A stretch of 64,000 nt of DNA from Methanomassiliicoccaceae archaeon (GTDB lineage: Archaea; Thermoplasmatota; Thermoplasmata; Methanomassiliicoccales; Methanomassiliicoccaceae). The translations under genes were made by a program, and so were the position numbers. Position 1 is the stretch's first letter, and every line of letters begins with the position of its first letter. The DNA lies in contig CAVSJV010000017.1 in assembly GCA_963728405.1 (NCBI GenBank), positions 256,001 to 320,000 of the forward strand, given 5' to 3'. This document shows, one piece after another, positions 1-9,346 of the stretch. The notes beneath the pieces are model-generated. The model was not told the DNA's origin, did no database searches, and saw nothing but the letters and a program-made list of their open reading frames with translations.

Positions 1-217
1 CGAACCTATGAGCCTGGAGGCCCTCCGCGCTCAGGTCCAGAAGAGAAAGCTGGACCGATACGAGCAGATCATCGTCATGGGCGGCCGGCGGTTCATCATC
101 CTGGTGGAGGATGCCTTCCAGGGAAGGAAAGTAAGAGCACCTTTGGCCGGGGTCGGCGGCATAGGGGAGATGATGAGGGATATGAACGTGGCAATGGGAA
201 GCGGGCATCGCTTGTGA
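1..217 (+). CDS. C-terminal part of a conserved hypothetical protein (possibly DUF6884-like), truncated by the window edge
   Basis: Open frame from the window start, host-like codon usage, ends ...APLAGVGGIGEMM... Confidence 0.5.
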   Translation, partial: EPMSLEALRAQVQKRKLDRYEQIIVMGGRRFIILVEDAFQGRKVRAPLAGVGGIGEMMRDMNVAMGSGHRL

Positions 218-262
218 TCGCCCCCAGCTAATCCTGCCGTCGATAGGGGCCCATCGTCTCCC

Positions 263-1015
263 TCATTTCTCAAGACCGAACCACTCCGCCTCGTCCTGCA
301 GATGATAGAACCGGGGATCGATCCTGACCGTGGCAAGAGCGGCTGCCCCGCCCAGCAGGAGGGAGAGCGGCTGTTGCACCAAGTATGCGATCCCCACCGA
401 CCCCGCGGCAAGGCAGGCCCCTGCCGCGTATCTTAAACGATGGGCGGTAATCGCCCTCCTGTAGTCCTCCCGGAACTCCATCTCAGCATCCGGAGGACCT
501 AGCACCGAAGCAAAGATGGCCGAAGAGAACAACGTGGCCTCGAACAACGCTGTGCGTGGGTCTTTCCTCGGCCGGACAGCATTCACGCATTCCCGGACGA
601 AGAACGGCGAGCATACCGCCCGATCGATGCCCTGTTGTACGGCCGAAACGGGCGGTGTCAGGTCCGCAAGCTCGTCCTCGTTGGCATCATGGGCCCAGCC
701 CATGAACCCGGTGTAGACGCACTTGTCCTGCACATAGTGCAGCGCCCGTCCCAGCGATTTCACCGCCCAATAGTCGTTCCCGAGCAGGTAGGCCTTGCGG
801 GACCGCCAGGCGTAGGCCATGATCGTGCCAGTGGGCGGCAGGTGGTGCGGCGCCCGACCGATGTAGGTCCGGCCTTTCTTGTTGACCTTAAAGGCCCGGT
901 CCGGCCGCTTGTCAGGTTCGACCGAACCGGCACACAGCGCTTTCTCCAACTCGTCCGATAGACCCATCTCCTGCGCTATGGCACGAGCGATCGCCGTATG
1001 ACTCTTCCACTTCAT
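263..1015 (-). CDS. Zinc-dependent phospholipase C / S1-P1-like domain protein with C-terminal membrane segment
   Basis: MKWKSH N-terminus, GSVEPD, HH, LGRALHYVQD, H..E metal ligands; GGG-rich SD before ATG. Confidence 0.7.
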   Translation of the reverse strand: MKWKSHTAIARAIAQEMGLSDELEKALCAGSVEPDKRPDRAFKVNKKGRTYIGRAPHHLPPTGTIMAYAWRSRKAYLLGNDYWAVKSLGRALHYVQDKCVYTGFMGWAHDANEDELADLTPPVSAVQQGIDRAVCSPFFVRECVNAVRPRKDPRTALFEATLFSSAIFASVLGPPDAEMEFREDYRRAITAHRLRYAAGACLAAGSVGIAYLVQQPLSLLLGGAAALATVRIDPRFYHLQDEAEWFGLEK

Positions 1016-1298
1016 CCCATCCCTTTACCGATACTATATGGCCTGATGTGTGAACCCCCCGTCCTCTTGGACGGAGCTTTTCTTGCTTCATCCATTATCA
1101 CCTTCAAGGAAGGGATTATACGCGGTCCACAAGCGTGAATTCCGGTCGTTCCGACCGTACTATCGATTGGACGGTCAATTCGATATAAACGTCTTGCTGA
1201 GGGGTCACCGAAAGTGACCATACACTAAGCCACCAGCCTCCGCATGGAGACTTCGAGCCAGCATACAATTAGGCCCAAGCGGACCTGGCCGAAAGTGC

Positions 1299-1811
1299 TT
1301 AGCGCTTTCCGCGTAGTTTTATGTCGAGGATGAAGAACAGGATGATGCCCAGGAGGACGATCATACCAGCACCTAAGATTATCTGCAGGCTCGAACCATC
1401 TGGAGAGGTGGTGAAGGCGTCTATCCGATAGCTGATCATGGTATCGTTCGATGTACCGCCGGGACCATCAGGAGACTCGACCACAATGTAATAGTTGCCA
1501 GGTCGCATCTCCACATCCACGGTCGTGTTCGTTATGTTGGAGACCCCAGCCTCAGGGATGGTGTTGAACACCGACCCGGCCAGATACCTGCTGTAATTAT
1601 CGGAGGGGATCACCAGCACGTTGACCCGGGAACCATCAAGGGACCCTATAGAGTAGCTAAGGGTGAACGGCCGTTCCATTTCCACCGACCAGGAATGGTG
1701 GCCGCCATGGGGAATGGTCGCCTCCCCGGTATCGGCGGAGGAGGCGGGGGTGAGGAGAATGACAGAGATGAGAAGAGCCGCTGCTACAACAGAGAGGAAC
1801 GTTCTGAGCAT
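1299..1811 (-). CDS. Exported membrane-anchored beta-sandwich hypothetical protein
   Basis: Signal peptide, PGNYYIVV motif, C-terminal TM followed by basic tail. Confidence 0.7.
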   Translation of the reverse strand: MLRTFLSVVAAALLISVILLTPASSADTGEATIPHGGHHSWSVEMERPFTLSYSIGSLDGSRVNVLVIPSDNYSRYLAGSVFNTIPEAGVSNITNTTVDVEMRPGNYYIVVESPDGPGGTSNDTMISYRIDAFTTSPDGSSLQIILGAGMIVLLGIILFFILDIKLRGKR

Positions 1812-1858
1812 CCAGTCACCCCAGATATCAATTTAGATGACATGGATAATAAGGATTG

Positions 1859-2321
1859 CTATGGTCGGCGAGGACGGCCGTAGAGGAACAGGGCCACGAT
1901 GCCCATTGACATAGCTAGGGACAGGGCCATGACAGTTCTTGGCGGTCATGTTGGCCACTACGATGAAGTCTTGGTGCACTTGATAATTGATGCGGGCCTC
2001 GTCCGGTCCCGGATTTGTCACCACCAATCGGTACTTTCCACCGCTAAGGTCCTCATTGGGCCGGTAGATGGTGGTACCGGTGGCAACGCTGATGGGCGGA
2101 CCACTCGTAGCCCCTCCCTGGTCATCCTCGATCAATTCAAAGTCCACTGGTACGCTGGAGCGCACGATGGCAGTAACATGTGCCCGGGTCACCAGCTCCA
2201 TAGAGTAGGACCACTCACTGCCTGGGGCGATGATCACCTGCCCTTCCTCAGAGTAAGGAAGAGGGACTGTGCTGAGCATAACGCCGACCAGCAGTGTGGC
2301 GACAAAGGCCTTCACGATCAC
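1859..2321 (-). CDS. Exported membrane-anchored hypothetical protein, similar layout to its neighbour; frameshift near 3' end
   Basis: Signal peptide, GKYRLVVTN; alternate frame gives TM + RPRRP* ending at 1859. Confidence 0.6.
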
Positions 2322-2376
2322 ATCTTGAACATCTGACCTCCTCAGTCATAACAGTACTGACAAACGATTATCATCC

Positions 2377-2901
2377 ATGGCCACCATATTATTGGACATG
2401 CCCATCCAGCGCTTGTTCAGCCGGCGGGACTCCAGAACTTTCAACAACATCACCAAGGAAGAGCTGATAACCCGGATCAGTGAGTTCTTGAGACAGTCCC
2501 AATTCCGCATCGATTTCGCCTCTCCAGTCCAGCTGCACGCCGAGCAGTATTACCAAAAGCTTGGCCTTAAGAGAGTCATGGACGTCTGGGTCGCTGATTC
2601 TGGAACGGGGGCAGTGGTGAGCATTGATTTCTCAGCCACCCTGGGCGACGCGGAAACGGCCGTCGGTCTGGTGGGAGCGGTATTGTTCCTCCCGCTGGCT
2701 GTTGCCGTGGGGGCGGTCAGCTACCTCGACTATGAATCGGACGCCAATGCATTGATCCAGTCCCTGTGGGGCTACCTTTCATCGAGCCAGCGAGTCTCGG
2801 TAGCAGCGACGGCGATGCTCAGACGATGCGGTAACTGTGGGCTCCTGCTCGATGCGGACGCAAGGTTCTGCAAGTGGTGCGGAACACAGGTTCCGTCATG
2901 A
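2377..2901 (+). CDS. Hypothetical protein with C-terminal zinc ribbon (start may be ATG 2398)
   Basis: CGNC...CKWCG double CxxC; internal hydrophobic segment. Confidence 0.75.
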   Translation: MATILLDMPIQRLFSRRDSRTFNNITKEELITRISEFLRQSQFRIDFASPVQLHAEQYYQKLGLKRVMDVWVADSGTGAVVSIDFSATLGDAETAVGLVGAVLFLPLAVAVGAVSYLDYESDANALIQSLWGYLSSSQRVSVAATAMLRRCGNCGLLLDADARFCKWCGTQVPS

Positions 2902-2938
2902 TGCTGGGTATAGATCTGTCTGACACTTGGCGGACAAG

Positions 2939-2948
2939 TTATATAAAC
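2939..2948 (+). promoter_or_regulatory. Probable TATA box of the 2970 gene
   Basis: TTATATAAAC about 25-30 nt upstream of ATG 2970. Confidence 0.5.
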
Positions 2949-2969
2949 TAGAACGGATATTCGAACACT

Positions 2970-3371
2970 ATGTCTCAGGATGGGAAGACTAACTATGGTA
3001 TTGGCGGACAGACCGCGGGGTTCCTGACCATCGCGATCGGCTTTGCTATCCTCGTTTCCAGCTATATGACCAAGAACTTCTGGTTGGTCGTACCCGTTGC
3101 CCTTATCGAGGTCGGGTTCTACGGACTGGCCATGGGTGCTTTCGGCGAGCTCCGTGGCGCCAAGGCGCCCAGCGGCGGCTATCGCTGGGGCAGTGACCCG
3201 GCGTACACGATGTTCTGGGGCAGCCTCCTCGTGCTGGTCGGTGCGCTCTGGCTCGTGAACGACACCTGGCCGAACAACATTCCTGCTCTGGCCGCCGCGT
3301 TCCTGATATGGTTCGGCATCGCCGTAATGATGCTCACCAGGAAGGGCGTTAGCAAGACCAAGGTCTGGTAG
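2970..3371 (+). CDS. Four-TM membrane hypothetical protein
   Basis: Four hydrophobic segments, 133 aa. Confidence 0.75.
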   Translation: MSQDGKTNYGIGGQTAGFLTIAIGFAILVSSYMTKNFWLVVPVALIEVGFYGLAMGAFGELRGAKAPSGGYRWGSDPAYTMFWGSLLVLVGALWLVNDTWPNNIPALAAAFLIWFGIAVMMLTRKGVSKTKVW

Positions 3372-3579
3372 ATCGGAAACATAATCATAGACGCGGGTGC
3401 GCTCTGTGCGTTCGACCCCCTGGGACTGTGCGCCCCAGACCCCCGCGTCCAATTCGTTCCAAAATAGTTTGACCATAGGTTTTTCATCATTTACGATGTC
3501 TGCGGCCATCCAGGCCCTTACAAACGATGGTTAATATTATTTAATCAGGTTACCCTGGACCCTCAAGGAGGAGCAGCCT

Positions 3580-4947
3580 ATCCACGCCAAGGAGAAAGTG
3601 GCCCTGATCTCGGTCGCCGCGGCCGTGCTTCTGGTCTCCACCAAGCTCATCGTCGGCTACACGACGAACAGCCTAGGCATATTATCGGAAGCGCTGCACT
3701 CCGGAATAGATCTGATCGCCGCGGCTATGACTCTGTTCGCAGTGCGGGCGGCGGCGAGACCGCCGGACGCCGACCATATGTACGGGCATGAGAAGGTCGA
3801 GTCCCTGTCCTCTCTGGGCGAGACGCTTCTTCTGTTCATCACCTGCGGATGGATCGTCTACGAGGCCGTGAACCGCCTTTTCTTTCACAGCGTTGCGGTC
3901 GAATTGGGAGTGATCGCCCTGCTGGTCATGGTCATGTCCTTTGTGGTCGATTTCACCCGGTCCCGGGCTCTGCACCGGGCCGCGGTCAAATACCGGAGCC
4001 AAGCCCTGGAGGCGGATGCCATACACTTCTCGACGGACCTCATTTCCTCAGGTGTGGTCATCATCGGCATCCTTCTGACCATGGTCGGGTTCAAGGACTT
4101 CGATTCCATCGCCGCGTTGGGGGTGGCCGTGATCACGGTCGTCATCGGCTATCGGCTGTGGAAGAGGTCGGTCCATACCCTGTTGGACGGTGCACCGAAA
4201 GGCATATCGGAACAGGTGTCCGAGGAGATAATGCAGGTGCCTGGCATACACAAGGTGGAGCGGGTGCGGGTCCGAGATTCGGGAGCGGTCACCTTCATCG
4301 AGGCGACCGTGTTCGTCGACAAGGCGCTGCCCGTGGAGCAGGGGCACCGCCTAACGGACCTGGTCGAGGAGCGGGTGAAGGCCTCCATCCCCCACTCGGA
4401 CATCATCGTACACGCTGAACCGATCTGCCTGGAGAACGCATCGTTAGAGGATAGGATACGGGCGGAAGCGGCGGCCATGCCGGAGATCAGGGACGTCCAC
4501 AACATCGTTTTCACTGAGGGGCCGAATGGACGGCTGGTGGAGTTCCACATCGAGATGGACGGCGAACTGACGGTCGAAGAGGCCCACGTCTCAGCGACCC
4601 GATTGGAGGATCGGGTCATGGCCCTGGACTCCTGCATCGATAAGGTCACCACCCATATCGAGCCAGCCGGCTGTCCAGCCTGTCAGGGCGAAGCATCGGA
4701 GTACGAACAGCTGATCATCCAGGACACTATCGAACATATCTCCGGGCTGTTCCCCGAGGTGCTTTCATGCAAGGACATCCACGTCCACCTGACCAATAGC
4801 GGCTACAAGGTGTGGCTGTGCTGCCAGTTCGACCCCAAACTGAGCGTCAACAAGGCGCATGAGGTCGCCACCCGGCTGGAGGGGCACATACGTTCCCGGC
4901 ACAATGAGGTGGAGAGCGTCATCATCCATTACGAGCCCGGCCACTAG
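3580..4947 (+). CDS. Cation diffusion facilitator (CDF) transporter with three C-terminal dimerisation domains; likely ATC start
   Basis: SEALHSGID, HMYGHEKVE, ADAIHFSTD; three repeats ending IVHAEP / TTHIEP / IIHYEP; AGGAGG-8nt-ATC CAC GCC AAG. Confidence 0.9.
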   Translation: MHAKEKVALISVAAAVLLVSTKLIVGYTTNSLGILSEALHSGIDLIAAAMTLFAVRAAARPPDADHMYGHEKVESLSSLGETLLLFITCGWIVYEAVNRLFFHSVAVELGVIALLVMVMSFVVDFTRSRALHRAAVKYRSQALEADAIHFSTDLISSGVVIIGILLTMVGFKDFDSIAALGVAVITVVIGYRLWKRSVHTLLDGAPKGISEQVSEEIMQVPGIHKVERVRVRDSGAVTFIEATVFVDKALPVEQGHRLTDLVEERVKASIPHSDIIVHAEPICLENASLEDRIRAEAAAMPEIRDVHNIVFTEGPNGRLVEFHIEMDGELTVEEAHVSATRLEDRVMALDSCIDKVTTHIEPAGCPACQGEASEYEQLIIQDTIEHISGLFPEVLSCKDIHVHLTNSGYKVWLCCQFDPKLSVNKAHEVATRLEGHIRSRHNEVESVIIHYEPGH

Positions 4948-5369
4948 TCGATGTCCAAGGCCAGGTTCTTCGTGAGCACCGAGCACTTCTGGCGATGGAC
5001 CATCCCGTCGCTGTCGACGAACAGCACCACCGTTCCCTGTTCATCCCGATCGACCTCTACCTCATAGCCACCGCCCTTGGCCTTGATCCTCTCCACCTTG
5101 CCATCTCCAAGAAAGCACAGGGCCTTCTCTACCGCGTCCTGCTGCCTCAGCGTCGGCTCGGGCGGCTCGTCCGATGGCTGCTCCTCGAAACAATGGCCGA
5201 CCTCACCGCGGGGATCGACGATGATATCGATGTCCCCTTTCAGGGTCCTGAACTGGAAGAAGTAGTTGTCCCTTAGCTCATACCGGAGCACGATCGGTTC
5301 ATTATCGCCGGTCATCTTGCCCACGCACTCCTTGGCAATCCTAAGAGCATCCTCGAACCCCACGACCAT
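4944..5369 (-). CDS. PepSY-like domain protein
   Basis: Two repeats of 'ALRIAKE / AVEKAL ... YEVEV ... VD..G.V'. Confidence 0.6.
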   Translation of the reverse strand: MVVGFEDALRIAKECVGKMTGDNEPIVLRYELRDNYFFQFRTLKGDIDIIVDPRGEVGHCFEEQPSDEPPEPTLRQQDAVEKALCFLGDGKVERIKAKGGGYEVEVDRDEQGTVVLFVDSDGMVHRQKCSVLTKNLALDID

Positions 5370-5427
5370 CGACGCCCACCGCAGGAGATGGTTGGGCAGA
5401 CATGTGTAATGAACCTTTCAACGGCCG

Positions 5428-6534
5428 TCAGGCCTGGTAAGGGTCGTTGTTCCTCAAGCAGACGGCCATTTTCTTGGCCACATCACGGACACACTCGCCC
5501 TCCTTGACCTGCCGGGCCATATGCTCCGCAATGCTACCTTGCTCGATGCGCCGCTTGATCAGGGGGAGATACCGTCTCTCCTCAGGGGTGGCCACCCTCA
5601 GCGCTTCCCAGTACAGACGCAGCAGCTCCGGGCGGCAGGACGAGGTGCCTCTCCGGATCGCTTCCTCGTTCATGTCCAGGAGTGAGTCGTGATCATCCTC
5701 CAGGTTCAGGGGCGCCCTCAGCAGTGCGAGGACGAATGCGGTCACCGCCATATCGGAATGAAGGCACTCCTGCTCGTCGCAGGCCTTGAGCTCGAGGCAT
5801 TCGCGGTGGTAGCGGACGATCACCCCGCGGGAGTCGATCCACTCGTGGCAGAGCTCCTCGCCGCCGATCTTACGCAAATCGCGGTAGATCGACTCGATGA
5901 TCTCGTCATGATGCTGGCGGCTGCCTAGCTTTTCCGGGATGACCTGATTGCAGATGAGCGGCACACGTTCCTGGTTCTGACGGTAGAAGACGAGACGATT
6001 GTCCATTGAGCTGGTGCTATTGCCTTCCACGAACGGCGATGAGGCTGTGACCGCCACGAGATATGGAATGAGGGCACGCATGCGGTTGAACATGCTGACC
6101 ATCTTATCCTCGCTCTCGTAGTGGACGTTGATCTGCAACGCCTGAATGTTCAGCCAGCCATGCTGCTTGAGGTCGAAGAGGTCGTTGTAGATGTCATAGA
6201 TCTCCTGGTCCTCGTGGTTCCAATAGGAGGTCTGGTCGAGCGTCAGAAGCGGATGCATTCCCAGGCCCAGCAATGTATACTTGTTGTTCGTGGCCTGGTG
6301 GAACCGCTGCATTCCGCCGTAGAGCACGGCCTCCATGCGGGCAATGCTAGTATGAGGGGTCGCAGGTACGAGCTCGATTACGTTCTTCTGCAGTTCCTTG
6401 CTCAGGTTGATGTCCCCGAAGCGGAACTCGTTGATGATCTCGCCGTTGATGTCCTCGATTATCCGGTCGACCACCGGTTGGGGAGCGAGTTCTGCGTTGT
6501 TGACGGAATATTCGTGCTCAGTTCCGACGGTCGT
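5428..6534 (-). CDS. Glutamate--cysteine ligase family 2 (GCS2) carboxylate-amine ligase; apparent ACG start
   Basis: TVGTEHEY, ELQKNVIEL, GMHP, QINVHY, SSPFVEG, DNRL, CLELKACDEQ; GAGGTG-7nt-ACG. Confidence 0.85.
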   Translation of the reverse strand, partial: TTVGTEHEYSVNNAELAPQPVVDRIIEDINGEIINEFRFGDINLSKELQKNVIELVPATPHTSIARMEAVLYGGMQRFHQATNNKYTLLGLGMHPLLTLDQTSYWNHEDQEIYDIYNDLFDLKQHGWLNIQALQINVHYESEDKMVSMFNRMRALIPYLVAVTASSPFVEGNSTSSMDNRLVFYRQNQERVPLICNQVIPEKLGSRQHHDEIIESIYRDLRKIGGEELCHEWIDSRGVIVRYHRECLELKACDEQECLHSDMAVTAFVLALLRAPLNLEDDHDSLLDMNEEAIRRGTSSCRPELLRLYWEALRVATPEERRYLPLIKRRIEQGSIAEHMARQVKEGECVRDVAKKMAVCLRNNDPYQA

Positions 6535-7026
6535 TGGATAACACCTCGGACAGAGGGAACTCAGCGACCTTCTCGGTCTCTGGCTCCTCCACCTTGCACA
6601 CACTGTCCAGTTCTTCCGGGGGAAGGGTCTGACCAGCTGCCGGATGTTCTGCACGGCCAGCTCGAACTGCTCATTGTAGACGGCCGGGTTCACTTTCAGG
6701 AAAGTGACCAGGTCACAGATGCGGTCCTTCTTGAGATAGATCTCCAGTTTGCCGTTCTTCACGTCGAAGGTGAACGGTCCGGCCATGCATGTTTCCGGCT
6801 TGACGTGCTGCACACGGCACCGGCCCTCGGAATAGCCGACGCAGAAGCCAGTGGACTTGCAGTCCAACATGCGGTGCTCGCGAAACACCACATTGTCGAG
6901 GGAGATCCCGTTCTCCACCAGTATGGAGATGCGCTCCTCGGTCAGTGGGGGCTTAGCGTAATAACAGCAGCGCCCACCGCACTTGTCGCAGATCTTGGTC
7001 AAAAGGTCAAAAGTAATCTGATTCAT
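6518..7026 (-). CDS. YkgJ-family (CxxCxxCC) cysteine-cluster protein; frameshift near 6630 fuses it in silico to GCS2
   Basis: CDKCGGRCC ... C ... C ... KPETC..GPF; alternate frame supplies an acidic C-terminus LPPEEL...NDRRN* ending at 6518. Confidence 0.8.
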
Positions 7027-7358
7027 TTTAGAACACCTGTCGGGCGCCCCCTTGTCCGGGGGACGGAAGAGCCCGCACTTGCGGTTGCCTGGCAAGAAAC
7101 GTCTGAACATGACGCATCGAGGCAGAATATAGCGGTCATTCGAACCCGGGTATTTAGGTTTATCTTTTAGCCACCTGGCCTAGGATCCTGACTCGATATC
7201 TGAACGATCAGCATATGCCTCTTCGATCGATTGGAAGAATGATCAAGGAGGCGAGCTTTCAGCTCTCAAGCCACCTCAAAATTGTCTTACCGTTCCGCCC
7301 CACGGTCTCTTCGACCAACTGGCAGTCAAACGATCCTCTATTAAGAACTATTACTTGT

Positions 7359-8094
7359 CTAGAATTTTTTTTCGGACGTATTGAGCATTTTGTCCACTAT
7401 CAGAAGTTGCTCGTTCTCCATGGGCATCCATTCCCCCTGCCCCAGCCGCTGCGAGGAGATGATGATGGAGCGACCTGGATATTTATCAGTCTCCTCCCTA
7501 ACGCAGTACATGAGGGAGTACTGATCAAGCTTGCAGTACGCCGAGCGGTAGGCGTACACCTTCTCGCCGTCGCTCATGACTAGGTTGAAGCTGGAAGTTT
7601 CCGAGCCCAGGTGGTCCTTGATGTAGTCGATGGCGTCGACTATGCCCAACACGACATTTCCCCTTCTCTTGTCGACGTGGTAGAGGATCCAATGGAACAG
7701 CTGCTCCGAATCGGTCTGCCCCATTATGCGTCCCCGGTACTCGCGGGGAAGCATGTCTATGATCTCGCGCTTTGCGTGCACCGTGCCGTTGTGGCCGAAG
7801 ATATAATGGCCGTAGGTGAAGGGGGTGGGTGTTCTCCGAAGTATACCCTCCCACGCTCTCCTTGCGCAGGTGGGCAATGATGATGTTCGAGTCCGCGCTC
7901 ATGCAGGCGGTGACGAAGCGGGGGTCCCCGTTCGCCGCAGTGGGCGCCTTCTCCACCTGCACCCCACCATTGATGTACCAGCCGATGCCCCGGCCATGGG
8001 GATTGTGCCGCGCCTGTGCCCGGAACGGGACCATCAGGTCCGGCAGCTCGGGCGATTTGGGTTGCTCGACGATAAGGGCGAACAAGCGGCACAT
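7359..8094 (-). CDS. Class II (Ntn) glutamine amidotransferase-like protein, YafJ/EgtC type; one frameshift near 7825
   Basis: M-C-R-L N-terminal Cys, NPHG.G, IAHLRK, NTHP(F), HNG, GQTDSE. Confidence 0.85.
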
Positions 8095-8204
8095 GAACTT
8101 AGAGAACATCTGTCGGAGCTATGTAGATCGTACCGTTGTTCGGCCCGTTCCGGCTAGGGTCGTTAGCGAAGGGCGATGGCAACTGCTCCCCGGACCCATC
8201 ACCT

Positions 8205-8405
8205 TTACACGCGGGACCGGCCTTTGATGAGCGAATATCTGGCGTCAACGCAAGCTGACGATCCCCTTATAACCCCGGCCGCCGCACATTTCTTGTTGAT
8301 CTCGCAGAAGAGGCATCTCTCCCAGACGCGGGGGGTCCCTCGCCATACGTTCGTTTTCTTGTCCTGCTCCGGCACTTGCTCCTTCGCTTCGTTGGAAGAT
8401 TCCAT
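8205..8405 (-). CDS. Small Cys-containing hypothetical protein
   Basis: 66 aa, CLFC...C...C, GGTCG upstream of ATG. Confidence 0.5.
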   Translation of the reverse strand: MESSNEAKEQVPEQDKKTNVWRGTPRVWERCLFCEINKKCAAAGVIRGSSACVDARYSLIKGRSRV

Positions 8406-8495
8406 GAACGACCATCCCGGATGGTCATGCAATTGACAATAGAAGTGCCCTTCTCTCTGATTCTCAGGCCACCGCACTAAGTGTCGAGGAGGTCA

Positions 8496-9200
8496 TCAGA
8501 CAATGCTTAACAGCACCTTCCACGCCTCCAGCTCCACGTCCATCCGTCCGCAGATCTTGATGTATTCAGAGACGTAACCGTGGCGGAACATGTCCTTGAA
8601 CTTCTCCACCGCCTCCTGCTCCCCCGGCTTCGGCACCCAGCTTTCCAGTAGCAGGGAGGTCATGGCCACGTCCGCAAGATAGTCGCCCCGCACCGCTCCG
8701 CCCCAGTTGAAAATGATCGGTCCGTCGATGGAGACCATGATGCCCTCCGGTACGTAGTCCATGTGGCATAGCCAGTCCCCGTCCGGCATGCGGGCAAGCT
8801 TCTCTAATAGCCGCTTCCTCTCCGGCTCGGTGATCTCCTTCTTGGCCAGTAGCCTCTCGGTGAGCATATCCTTCAGTCTCGGCAATTCGGAGATCTTGTG
8901 CATGTGCACCTCGTGGTGCTCATGAGCGAAATATTCCGTTAGCCGCCTTAGCCAGGGGGGATGCTCGATGATCCACTGAGTATATGTGGGCCCGATCACC
9001 TTGTCGAACACGATCCCGAACCGACCCCCTTCCTCCACAACGCCGTGGACGAACGGTGCCTCCAGACCGTATTGCCTCGCCAGCAGGGTCTTCTCCATCT
9101 CGACCTCAGCCGTCTTTCTGGACGTGCCGGCCGCGAACAGCTTTACCACCTTGTTCCCCTCGATCCCCTTCATCTCGTAGGCGTTAGCAGCCGGTGACAT
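8496..9200 (-). CDS. Aminoglycoside phosphotransferase / kinase-like protein with degenerate catalytic motifs
   Basis: KVVKLF, LCHMDYVPEG (HGDxxPxN-like), IIFNWG (IDW-like), GDYLADVA; GGAGG-6nt-ATG. Confidence 0.75.
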   Translation of the reverse strand: MSPAANAYEMKGIEGNKVVKLFAAGTSRKTAEVEMEKTLLARQYGLEAPFVHGVVEEGGRFGIVFDKVIGPTYTQWIIEHPPWLRRLTEYFAHEHHEVHMHKISELPRLKDMLTERLLAKKEITEPERKRLLEKLARMPDGDWLCHMDYVPEGIMVSIDGPIIFNWGGAVRGDYLADVAMTSLLLESWVPKPGEQEAVEKFKDMFRHGYVSEYIKICGRMDVELEAWKVLLSIV

Positions 9201-9346
9201 AGGCTTCCTCCAGACCGCTCCATACGGAGCCAAGTGTCGGAAAGCGGCGCACCACCATAATCTAAGTATCGACCGGATGTTGAGAATGAGGAGAAAGAAA
9301 GAGATAAAAGGGGTTTGGAAAGGATTCAACCGGCATAGGCATCTCC

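Noticed and set aside
6121-7170. Long antisense ORFs (e.g. 6121-7170, 20369-21442, 44692-45534)
   Set aside because: Typical shadows of GC3-rich genes with no motifs or SD.
5428-8094. Complete ergothioneine pathway
   Set aside because: Only EgtA-like and EgtC-like folds are present; no sulfoxide synthase or histidine methyltransferase in the window.
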